This document shows positions 37,937-49,360 of a DNA stretch of 64,000 bases, one piece after another. Both the position numbers and the translations under genes were made by a program. Origin of the DNA: Mobula hypostoma (taxonomy: Eukaryota). Position 1 is the first letter of the stretch. Each line of letters begins with the position of its first letter. The stretch lies in assembly GCF_963921235.1 (NCBI RefSeq), contig NC_086097.1:169696001-169760000 (forward strand), given 5' to 3'. Under the pieces are notes generated by a model. That model did no database searches and was not told where the DNA came from. It worked only from the letters and a program-made list of their open reading frames with translations.

Positions 37937-39100
37937 GCATTTTACACATCTATATTGTGCATGCAATCTACCAAATAATGCATTAAGTTTAGATAGACAA
38001 GTGAAAGTACAGAATAAAATTAAGACAGGCTTTTTCTATGTAAACCTATATGTAGCTTTAAAGATACAGAGCTGGATGTCTGCAGGCTATAATCTCTGAT
38101 GGTAATTTACTGTGAATTATTTAAATGTTCCCAAGGATAGAATGCCTATCATCCCACAAATAGCAGTAGATATATTCAAGGACTCTGGTCCGATCTGAGC
38201 TGATATTGCCGGTAAACGCCCTTCCAACAAAATATATCAGAATGCAGGCAGAGAGAAGAGGGTTAAAAGGAATCTGAAAGATAAAATTTTCACACCAAGA
38301 GTAGTTGGTGTCCAGAATGAGCTACCAGAGGGTGTGGTGGAAGCAGGAACAGTAATAGCATTTAAGAAGCATCTGCACAGTTACTTGAATGATTAGGGCA
38401 TAAGGGGATATGGAATTGCCCCTATGCAGGCAAGTGTGAGCAGCACAGATGGGCTTGATGATCAGAATAGATATGGTAGGTAGAAGGGACAATTTCTCTG
38501 CTGTACGGTAAGAATATATTGAATATTTCAAGGTGAATCAATACACTTGAATTTGTCATCTTATATAATGGTATCAAGTTTTCCTCGAACATAATCAATT
38601 CTATTGAATGGGAATCTCCAGTCACTTCATCGTCAATCTCGTTTAATTTTGTTGACTCCCTCTGCACATGCAGCCGATGAGCCATGTATCCATTCAACTT
38701 ACTTCCTCTTCATTTATTTCCCTGAGGACCAGCATGTTCCATTTCATCGCGAAGGGTCCATCCGGATATTTTGCCAACACAAAAATGTATAAAGCAATTA
38801 AAGAACAGACTTCCCAGCTTCGATAAAGGAAAAGCAGAAATGAGGAATTAAAAAATGCAAATTAAAAAAGTATTTGCGGTTCTGCATTGCTACCGCGAAC
38901 AATTTATTGGGCTAAGATGAAATGGAAGGAGACAGGGCACCGAGGAGCTTTGCAGCACCAGTGAACACAGTTCAGTTGCAGTTCCACTGTGCTGTTAAGC
39001 AGGAGAGTTTTAGCTTCAGACAAGAAGGGGGTTACGGCTCAAACCAGTTCATGAGCTGGGATATCATTTGGCGCGATTGCCATCAAGGGTGTATAGAAGA

Positions 39101-39285
39101 ATGGGAAATCGAAATAGAAACGCAAAATGGTGTTCCTTGCTCCTGTGGATTATCTACTTATGGCTCTTAATTGAAGCAAAGAAAGCGGTAAAATGTCCTG
39201 CAGGATGCACTTGCTCGAAGGACAATGCTTTGTGTGAAAATAGAAAATCTATTCCCCACAGTTTTCCCTCTGGTGTGGTCTCCTT
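39101..39285 (+). CDS. LGI1: LGI1-like exon 1 (signal peptide, LRRNT)
   Basis: MGNRNRNAKWCSLLLWIIYLWLLIEAKKAVKCPAGCTCSKDNALCENRKSIPHSFPSGVVS. Donor TT|gtgagt. Family is certain; exact paralog is not. Confidence 0.9.
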
Positions 39286-39604
39286 GTGAGTATTCTATCT
39301 GCGGTATGCAATGTAACTGTTATTTAACAGTAATGGAAGCGGAAACGCCTTGAGATGCTGGTTATATAATGGTGCATTAACACTGTACGGTACGGTACGG
39401 AACCAATAAATAGACACAAGGATGTTACCTTTGTTGCATCTCTGTCACTCATGAGCTAAAAATAGACTATCGTGAATACTGATAACCCGACTTACAAAGT
39501 ATTTAGGTTTTGTGGCCAAATTGGAGTGTGTGCGTTTGCCAACAATGTCCGCTGATTGAAGCATTCGTAATTCTGGCATTTTAATGCATTTATTTTGTTT
39601 ACAG

Positions 39605-39676
39605 ATCATTTGTGAAGTCTGGATTCAGTGAAATCCCAGAAGGCAGCTTCTTACTCATGCCGTCTCTGCAGCTGCT
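39605..39676 (+). CDS. LGI1: LGI1-like exon 2 (72-nt LRR exon)
   Basis: tttacag|A ... SFVKSGFSEIPEGSFLLMPSLQL ... CT|gtaag. Confidence 0.93.
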
Positions 39677-40329
39677 GTAAGATTCCACTGTTTATTCGCG
39701 TAGGCTACCGTGTCCTTGGTGTGTTTTTTTTTTACCAAATTTCCCTTCGTATTTTGCGTGGAAGCAACGGACGTGTCAAGAACAAGAACATTTATGATTG
39801 CAATGGTCCATGGTGTATGCTAAGATTAGCAGTCAACAAGTCTGTCTTAAATCGTCAGGCTATTATAACAGCGAGGAAAAATTATCGTTATATGAAATCT
39901 CTAACGCAACGCGGGTCATTTGCCATGTTTCTGAACCAAATTATTCAGGATTTTCTCAAAACCTCGTTTATTATTCTTCGCACTGGGTTCTGTAACAACA
40001 GAGGTTTGGACATAGATGTAGAAAGAGCGGGGAAATGAATCCTTTCCAATAATAGGAAAGAAATTAACCATTTAAAAAGCGCCTGCCGCATCCAAACTCG
40101 AGAAAGGAATCAGGTATTTTTGGCACCTCAGCCCTTGGGGACTGCAAAGGCATTGACTGCAGCAAAATTTCTAAAGGGGTAAAATTATAATTTATTTTAA
40201 ATTATAGCAAAAATACTTTAAATTTCTTACTGGGGACGAGGATAAAACACATTGTATACACTCAAATGATTTTAAACCGTTAAAACTCATCAAGCAGCTT
40301 TTAAATAGATTTGTTCATAGCAGCATTTC

Positions 40330-42622
40330 AAAGTTCAAAGTAAATTTATTATCAAAGTACATGTATTTCACCATATACAACCCCGAGATTTGTTTTCTTG
40401 CAAGCATACACAGTAAATCCAAGAAACACTATATAATACTGTATTTGAAAGACCACACACAACAGGACAATGTGCAAATTCAAAAAAACCATATAATTAA
40501 ATAAATAAGTAATAAATATTGAGAATTTGAGATGAAGAGTCCTTGAAAGTGATTCCATGGGTTGAGGAAACAGTTCGGTAATGGGATGAGTGAAGTTAGG
40601 TACACAGCCCTGTGGTGTAGCTGTGCTGTTAGAGATTGTTGAAGAGAGGTTCTTGCTGATATGAACTGACTGGGGTCTGCCAGTGAGGAAATAGAAGATC
40701 CATTTGCACAAGGAGGTAGTGAGGCCAAGATCTTGAAGCTTATTGATTAGTTCAGAGGAGATTATAGTATTGAATGCTGAGCTGTAATCAATGAAGAGCA
40801 TCTTTATTGTATGCATCTTCGCTGTCCAGATGTTCCATGATTGAATGAGGAGCCAATGAAATGACATTTGCTGGTGACCTGTTGTGATGGTAGGAAAATT
40901 GGAATGGACTAAAATTGCTTCTCAGGCAGGGGTTGATATGTTTCATTAACAACCTCTCAAAGCACTTCATTACTGTGGACGTTAGTGCTACTGGATGATA
41001 GTTATTGAGGCAGATTGCCACATTCTGCTTAAGTACAGGTATGATTGAAGCCTACCTGAGGCAAAGGTTAAACTTATTGGTGAACACTCCAGCCAGTTGA
41101 TCAGCACAGGTCTTTAGTACTCGGCCAGGTACCCGCTGTGGTCCAGAGGCTTTTTGTGGGTTCACTCTCCTGAAGGATGCTCTCATGTCGGGCTCAGAGA
41201 CTGAAATCACAGGGTCATTGGGGGCTGTGGGAGCTTGTGAAGGTGCCTCCTTGCTTTTGTGGTCAAAGTGAGCATAAGAGGCATTGAGCTCATCTGGGAG
41301 CAAAACTTTGTGATGGCATTCAAGCCCTGCCACAACCGTTGAACATCCTTCAGTGATTTAAGTTTGGGCTGAATTGCTACTTTGCATGTGAGATGGCTTT
41401 CCGGAGATCGTACCTGGACCTCTTGTCTTTAACTTGGACACCAGACCTTAATGCCACTGAGCTGGCCCTCAGAAGGTTGTGGATCTAGTGGTTCATCCAG
41501 GGCTTCTGGTTGGGGAAGACTGAATGATTTTGTGGGGACACACTCGTCTACAACTGTTTTTATAAAATCTGTGGCAATCATGGTGTATTTCCTCTGATGA
41601 GTCTTTGAACGTGACTAAGTCTACCAACTCGAAGCAATCCTGTAGCCACTCCTCTGCCTCCCGCAACCACCTCTTTGATGTCCTTTTTTCGAAAGTCTTG
41701 CTCTTTAGCCTCTGCCTGTATGTAGGTCGGAGGGGGTCAGCTAAGTGATCAGATTTCCTGAAACGTGGTCGAGGCATGGAATGGTAGATATTTCTGATCA
41801 TGGTGTAACAATGGTCAACAGTGCTGCAGGTGATATGTTGATGATAATTGGGCAGAGATTTCTTCAAGCAAACCTGATGAAGTCCCTAACTATGGTTTGA
41901 AAAGCATCGGGATAGGCCGTTTCTTGTTTGCTAATCGTGGCATTCAAAACATCAAGTGCTCATTTAACATCTGCTTTTGGTGGTATGTCAAATGCGATCA
42001 GGATCATGGAGGAGAACTCTTTTGGTGAGTAGAACAGTCAGAACTTAATCATCAGATGTTCTAGGTTGCTGCACCCAAGCACCACAGAGAGTTTATCATG
42101 AAGCACAACCCCCATCCCTCCACCACCTTTTTGCCTTCTCTGAATCAGCAGTCCAGGCCAGCCAGTGTATTGAGAAGCCCACGATTCTTTACTCATGTAT
42201 TTGGCATGTCTGGAGAGAGCCACATTTCCGTGAAACACAGAGCACAGCAATTCCTCATTTCCCACCAATAGAGCAATCTTGCCCTTAGGTCCTCAAACTT
42301 GTTCTCCAGTGACTGAACGTTTGTTAACAAGATGCTGGAGTTTCATTCCTTTGTGTTTCATCCTAGTTTAGAGTCCTTCACTCCTCCCTCTCTTCCAGCC
42401 ATGGCGATATACTTAAAGATGCCAGTTCTGCATGTTAGAGAGTTAAATCTGCCGAGACCTTCAGAAGATCATGAAATTGCTAATTCATGAAGATGGTTCA
42501 AAAGTATGTTGTTTGAAGAGAAATTACAGTCCGCAGATTGCAGGAAGAATAATTCAGAAATATATGTAGAAGTTTTGTAAGCAGCCTGTAACACGTCGCA
42601 GTGATTCACCAGTGCCATCTTG
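40330..42622 (-). mobile_element. Rex1/Babar-clade LINE, degenerate, internally deleted, in LGI intron 2
   Basis: [56 protein letters not shown] and TPQGCV, then a jump to the 3' tail. 5' end near caagatggcac at about 42620. Confidence 0.88.
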
Positions 42623-43840
42623 GAAAGAGCAAATATGTCATAAGGGCATTGACTTGAACATCAATGTGCAAAAGACAACCTGTGCAAATAAAAATAATCC
42701 TGAGAACATGAGATGTAAAGAGTCCTTGAAAGTAAATCAGTTCAGAATAGTGGTGAATGAAATTGTGGTGAATAAAGTTATCCACGGTGGTTCAGGAGTC
42801 ACCTTTTCAGGTGGTTCAGTTGTGGGTTAATAACTGTTACTGGACCTGGTGATATTGGTGGTCTCCTTCTTTGCCTAACAGTTCTGTCATTCTACATGAA
42901 AGGGTTATTCAGTGAGTTTTTCCATTTGTCTACTGGAACTGTTTTGACCCTGATGCTAACGGAAAGCTTCTAAATTTCTTTTGCCTTTAACAATATCAGT
43001 ATCTTCCAAAGTGCTTGTAGACAGGAGACTAGAGATAACTCTAGGTGGAAGATGGGACTTCAGTGTAACATCTCTGGAAAGAACCTCTAATACACCCCTA
43101 ATGGGCCATATTTATTCCTTACTATTGTTAACTCCTTGGACTGATTTCTGTTATCTTATAAGTAAAAGGGAGCATCTGTAAAAATATAAAATACAGAAAT
43201 AATCTTACAATTGTGGTATCAAAACAGCCACATGAAGGAAGTGAACATCACTATTGCAGCTACAAATCCATAACACAGGAACACAAGAAAATAGGACCAG
43301 GAGTAGGCCACTCTGCCCCTCAAGCCTCCCCACCATTCCACACATCATGGCTGATCTATGCTGGCCTCAATTTGTCTTCTCTCTGATAGATGCCCATGGC
43401 TTCAGTCCCCCAGTTTTTCAATAATGTATTTTTCTCCATTTTAAATATGTGTAAATTACAATCTTTGATTATGGTTGCTTTAAAGTTTGCTCTCTAAAGG
43501 GAGCATGGAAGTATTTAGTTTACCTTAATGCTTGCAGGGTGTTTAATGGCCTGAGGTGGCCAAGTTTAGTTTTCAGTGTTGCTTTTAACTTGAATTTGCA
43601 TGAGCTGGCAATACTAGGCAAATAACCATTCCTTCTTCCAAGTCTACTGTTTAGGAGAGAGAAAACAGAATATTCACTAACTTGGCACCAGCTAGGCAGC
43701 ACCATCTTGACCCAGGAAATGGCAAGCATTCAGTAAGAATGGTCAGCTAATGTTACTTTAAAGTGAAATGATGTCAAAAGATAGAGACTTTTAGGTGTCT
43801 GTTTTAAACAGAGCATATTACACTGACTTACATGAATATG

Positions 43841-44067
43841 TTGGGCACGTGGCCAGGTGGTTAAGGCGTTCGTCTAGTTACTTCAAGGTTGCTAGTTCGA
43901 GCCTCAGCTGTGGCAGCGTGTTTGTGCCCTTGAGCAAGGCACTTAATCACACATTGCTCTAGTCTGTGCGAGGATTGGCGCCCCACACAGACTTCCAATC
44001 TGCGCCTTGTAAGGCATGAAAATGCCCGACGCAGGCCTATCATGGTCTGAGTCGACGTTCCCCCCAT
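43841..44067 (+). mobile_element. tRNA-derived CORE-type SINE with 8-bp TSD
   Basis: A box tggccaggtgg, B box gttcgagcc, CORE-like gtgcccttgagcaaggcacttaa. atgaatat at 43832-43839 and 44068-44075. Confidence 0.82.
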
Positions 44068-44144
44068 ATGAATATTGTCAGCAACAATAATGATGTAATA
44101 TACCACCTGAAAAGAAAAATACTCTCCTTTTATTTTCCTAACAG

Positions 44145-44216
44145 CTTGTTCACTTCCAACTCATTTGATACTGTTGGTGATGATGCCTTCCTTGGTCTCT
44201 CTCAGCTTGAGTATTT
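44145..44216 (+). CDS. LGI1: LGI1-like exon 3 (72-nt LRR exon)
   Basis: cctaacag|C ... LFTSNSFDTVGDDAFLGLSQLEY ... TT|gtaagt. Confidence 0.94.
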
Positions 44217-44304
44217 GTAAGTAGATGACAACTGTGGACACATTCTCACTGAATAGTAATTGGGTGCTACCAAAATGATACTGAAATGCTCACCTTTCTT
44301 TTAG

Positions 44305-44376
44305 GTTTGTAGAAAACAATAAAATCCAGTCCATCTCCAGGTATGCTTTTAGAGGACTTAAATCACTTATTCACCT
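44305..44376 (+). CDS. LGI1: LGI1-like exon 4 (72-nt LRR exon)
   Basis: cttttag|G ... FVENNKIQSISRYAFRGLKSLIH ... CT|gtaagt. The preceding intron is 88 nt. Confidence 0.94.
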
Positions 44377-44894
44377 GTAAGTATATCTCTTCTCATTCAG
44401 TACAATCTTTGCATTATGTTTTGTGCCATTATTATAAATGTTTGAGACAGTGAAATAATCCTTGTGTAGTAATAGCTGGAAATAATGTGCTGTTCAGTTA
44501 GAGTGAAATCAATGTATTACTTCCACATCTCTTTCAATAGTTGGTTTATTGCTGTAATACAGGCAAAGTACAAAATAGAAATACTGTAACCCATTATCAT
44601 GTTACATGCTATCTAAATGTATTTAGAAATAAATACACAAATAGCATAAAAATGGTAAATTTGGTTAAAATAATCAATTCCACTTCATGCTTCATTCTGC
44701 TTCACCCTACTCTGAGCTCAAGTTCCAAGTTCAAGTTTGTTGTTCCCTTTAAGTTCATCTGTTGATTATTAAAGCTGCTCATCTGGAATTTTCTCTGTGG
44801 TCAGATCAGTGGAACATGTGGTGAGATGACATCGTGGGTGAAAGATATCAGTTTCTCTGAAACTTCTGTTAGCTTGCAGTCGTACACAATTTGA

Positions 44895-45310
44895 CAGTGA
44901 ACATAGAACAGTACAGTACATGAATAGGCCCCTTGGCCCACAATGTCAGTGCCAACCATGATGCCAATCCAAATTAGTCCCATCTTCCTCTACACGGTCT
45001 ATATCCCTTCATCTCCAGCTGTATTGATCAAAATGTCTCTTAAATGTTGCTGGTGTATCTGCTTCTGCCACCTCCTGGCAAGATGTCCCAGCACCTGCTA
45101 CTCTCTGTGTTTAAAAAATACTGGCCTCATATATCTCCTTTAAACCTCCCCCTCTCACATTAAACCTGTGTCCTCTAGAGGAAAAGTCTAACTGCCTACC
45201 CTATTTATGGTTTTCATAATTTTGGGCTTCTTTGTCTCCAAAGCTCCAGAGAAAACAATCTAAGTTTGTCCAAGTGCTCTTTACAGCTCATACACTACAA
45301 TTCAAGTCAC
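44895..45310 (-). mobile_element. CR1 3' end fragment
   Basis: acatagaacagtacagtaca...ggcccacaatgt end matches the CR1 3' end at 28633. Confidence 0.7.
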
Positions 45311-45620
45311 ATTCACATGAATGGAGATACAAGGGACTGGAGCAAAAGAAAAATTCCTGGAACAAGTCAATGGTTCAACAGTATCTGTGGAAGCAAAGGG
45401 ATGGTTGACATTTTGGGCTGATACCTGCAACAGTGTTAGAGTGGTGTTTTTGAGGCTTTAGATCTTCGAGGCTTCAGTGAGGAGAAGTTTGAGTGAGAGA
45501 AGGCAAAAAGCATTAGGTAGATTTTTTTCCAGTTTATTTACTGTTTCCTTCTTTAGGGGGAGGGGGCTTCAGGGTTCTGATAGTTTTTATGATTCATTCT
45601 TGGAAGTAGGTAGGAAGAGG

Positions 45621-45766
45621 CAATACACAGAAAATGCTAGAAGAACTCAGCAGGCCAGGCAGCATTTACAGAAAAGAGTGCAGTTGACATTTCGGGTCGA
45701 GACCCTTCAGCAGGACCAGACCAGACTGGATTTTCAGCATCTGCAGATTTTCTCTTGTTTATGCTC
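45621..45766. mobile_element. Penelope-derived mini element (CTGCTGA variant, short inverted tail) with 13-bp TSD
   Basis: aggtaggaagagg at 45608-45620 and 45767-45779. Minus strand reads gtcctgctgaagggtctcgacccgaaatgtc. Confidence 0.85.
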
Positions 45767-48700
45767 AGGTAGGAAGAGGGACAAGATTCTGCAAAGTGAG
45801 TTCAGGGAGTTAGGTGCTAAGTTAAAGGACAGAATGTCCAGGGTTGTGTTTGCAGGCCGCAGGCTAGTGAGGCCAGAGATAGGAAGATTATACAGTTTAA
45901 TACATGGCTAAGGAGTTGATCTCCGAGGGAGGGTTTCAGAATTTTGGATCATTGGGCTTTCTTCCAGGGAAGGTGCAACCTGTATGGATGATGGTTTGCA
46001 CTTAAACTGGAGGGGTACTAGCAGGAATGTTTGCTAGTACTGCACGGGGGTGGGGGGGGGGGAGGTGGGGAGATGGTGTTAAACTAGATCTATATGGGGA
46101 TGGGAACCAGAGTGCCAGAACAGATAGTGGAGTGGTTGTGGAGACAGACGTTGTTAAGACCTCAGACAAGGTCAAGAATCAAAAGATTGAGCACGGTGGG
46201 ACTAAAGTTCTGAGTTGTGTATACTTCAATGAAAGAAGTATTATAGGAAAGGCAGATGAGCTCAGGGCTTGGATCAACACATGGCATTATAATTTTATAG
46301 CCATTAATGTGACTTCGTTGCAGGAGAGGCAGCACTGGCCGCTCAATAGATGTGATAGAGTAGGAGGAGTGGTGTTACTAGTCAGGGAAAATATGATGGC
46401 AGTGCTCAGTCAGGACATACCGGAGAACTCATCTAGTGAGGTTTTATAGGTGGAACTGAGAATTAAGAAAAGGTATGGCCATGTTAAAGGGATTATGTTA
46501 CAGACCATCTAATGGTCCGTGGGATTTAGAGGAAGAAATTTGTAGAGAGATCGCAGACTGTTGCAAGAAACATAAGGTTGTTATAGTAGGTGATTTTAAC
46601 TTTCCACATATCGACTGGGACTCCCATGGTGTAAAAGGACTAGATGGGATAGAATTTGTCAAACGCATTCGGGAAAGATTCCGTAATCAGTACGCAAGAG
46701 TCCCAATGAGAGATTGTGTGGTACTTGATCTGCTATTAGGAAATGAGGCTGGGCAGATGACAGAAGTTTTGAGTAGGGGTACATTTTCCATTTTGTGATC
46801 ATAATGCCATTAGCTTGAAGGTAATTATGGAAAAGGATAGGTCTGGTCCTCGGGTTGAAATTTTGATGGTATCAGAAAAGATATGGCAGCTGTGGATTGG
46901 GACAGGTTGTTTTCTGGCAAAGGTGGCAAAGGAGTACTTGGTAAGTGGAAGGCCTTCAAAAGTGAAATGTCGAGAGTACAAAGCCTGTATGTGCCTCTCA
47001 GAGTAACAGGTAAAGATAACAGGTTTAGATATCTCTTGGTGTTTGGTAAATATTGAGGCCCTGGTTAAGAAAAAAAGAGGAGGTGCATAGCAGCTATAGA
47101 CAGGTAGGAACCAATGAGGTACTTGAGGAGTATAAGAAATGCAAGAGAACACTTAAGGATATGAGGAGGGTTAAAAGAAGGCATGAGGCTGCCCTAGCAG
47201 ACAAGGTGAAGGAGAACCCTAAGGGCTTCTACAGAAATGTTAAGAGCAGAAGGATTGCAAAGGACAAAATTGGTCCTCTGGAAGATCCGATTGGTAATCT
47301 ATGCATGGAGCCAAAAGAGATGGGGGAGATCTCAAAATGATTTTCTTTTGCATCTGTATTTAATTGGGAGATGGACACAGAGTCTATGGAAGTGAGGCAA
47401 AGCAGCAGAGAGGTCATGGACCCTGTACAGATTACAGAGAAGGAGCTGTTTGCAGTCTTAAGGCAAATTAGGGTGGATAAATCCCCAGAGCCTGACAAAG
47501 TGTTCCCTCAGATCCTGTGGGAGGCTAATGTAGAAATTGCAGGAGCCCCAGCAGAGATATTTAAAACATCCTTAGCCACAGGTGAGGTGCCGGAGAACTG
47601 GATTATAGCTAATGTTGTTGCACTGTTTAACAAAGTCTCTAAGAAAAAGCCAGAAAATTTTAGACAGGTGAGCCTGTCATCAGTAGTGGGAAAGTTAGTG
47701 GAAGATGTTCTACGGCATTGGATATATAAGTATTTGAATAGACAGGGACTAATTAGCAATAGTCAACATGGCTTTGTGTGTGTTAAGTCATGTCTAACCA
47801 ATTCATAGAGTTTTTCTAGGAAGTTACCAGGAAAGTTGATGAAGCCAGTGGATGGTGTCTACATGGACTTTACCAAGGCCTTTGACAAGGTCCTGCATGG
47901 GAGGTTGGTGAAGAAGTTTCAGTCATCTGAAATTCAAGATGAGGAGTAAATTGGATTAGACATTGGCTTTGCGGGAGGAGACAGAGAGTGGGAGTAAATG
48001 GTTGTCTCTTTGACTGGACGCCTGTGACTAGTGGAGCCCCGCAGGGATCAGTGCTGGGTCCTTGTGGAAGACTATCAAAGCTTGCAGTGGGATCTGGACC
48101 AGCTGGAAAAATGGGCTGAAAAATGCAGATGGAATTTAATGCAGTCAAGTGTGAGGTGTTGCATTTTGGGATGACTAACCAGGGAAGGTCTTACACAGTG
48201 AGTGGTAGGGCACTGAGGAGTGTGGTAGAACAAAAGGATCTGAGAATACAGGTCACGTTCATTGCAAGTGGTGTCACAGATAAATATGGAAATAAAGAAA
48301 GCTTTTGGCACATTGGCCTTCATAGATCAAGGTATTGAGTACAGGAATTGGGATGTATGTTGAAGTTGTATAAGACAGTAGTGAGGCAGTTTGTGTGCAG
48401 TTTTGGTCACCTTCCTGCAGGAAAGATGTAAATAAGATTAAAAGAGTACAGAGAAAACTTCCAAGGGTGTTGCCAGGACTTGAGGACCTGCTGGGACTTT
48501 AAGGAAAGATTGAATAGGTTAAAACTTCATTAGAACATAGATGATAGAGGGGTGATTTGATAGTATACAAGATTATGAAGGGTATAGATGGGGTACATGC
48601 AGGCTTTTTGCACTGAGGTTGGATGAGACTACAACTAGAAGTCATGGGTTAAAGGTGAAAGGTGAAATGTTTAAGGGAAACGTGAGGGGAACGTCGTTAT

Positions 48701-48920
48701 TCAGAGGGTGGTGAGAGTGTAGAATGAGTTGCCAGCACAAGTGGTGAATGCAATTTCTATTCAACATTTAAGAGAAGTTTGGTTAGGTACATGGAGGGAA
48801 GTGTTTGGAGGGGTATGATCTGGGTGATGGTCAATGAGACTAGGCAGTTTAAATGGTTCGAGACAGACCAGATGGGCCAAGGGGACTGCTTCTGTGCTTC
48901 AGTTTTCTCTGACTATAACC
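45767..48920 (+). mobile_element. Degenerate CR1 LINE (ORF1 end, ORF2, 3' UTR) in LGI intron 4
   Basis: GRKRDKILQSEFRELG (ORF1), CVYFNERSIIGKADEL, IVGDFNFPHIDW, KSPEPDKVFP, SQHGFVCVKSCLTN and MQMEFNAVKCEVLHFG. Multiple frameshifts. Confidence 0.92.
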
Positions 48921-48949
48921 GGACTAAGAATGTGAGGGGAAGAGAGCTG

Positions 48950-49360
48950 TATTTATAACTGTGGGGGTGAGGGACAGGTGGTGAGCCAGATGCTGGTAGG
49001 TGATGGGTGGAACCAGATGAGGGGATGATGAGCAGATGGTACCAGATGTGGGAGGGGTTTGGCAGAAGCTAGTAGTGATAGATAGAACCATATAACGTGG
49101 AGATGATGGGCAGATGGGGTAGAATGAAGGAAGAGTGTAGAGACAAAGGCTGATGGGTGATAGGTAGAAACAGATAAGAAGGGACAAATAGGCAAATGGG
49201 GGGAGGGAAGAGACAGAAGTTGGAAGGTAATAGGTGGAAGCAGATAAGAGAGGACAGATGAGCAGATGAAACCATGATGGAGGGGAGAAGATAGGAATAG
49301 TGATCCAAGGGGAAAGAACCCAGGTTGATAGGTATCTGGATGCTGGACAGATGGAGTCAG
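48950..49360. repeat. Purine-rich (GA/GGA) low-complexity tract with recurring gagcagatg motifs
   Basis: Strong G/A bias. The ORFs here are compositional artefacts. Confidence 0.6.

Noticed and set aside
43843..43915. Possible tRNA gene
   Set aside because: A and B boxes are present, but there is no convincing cloverleaf or acceptor stem. It continues into a SINE body and has a TSD.
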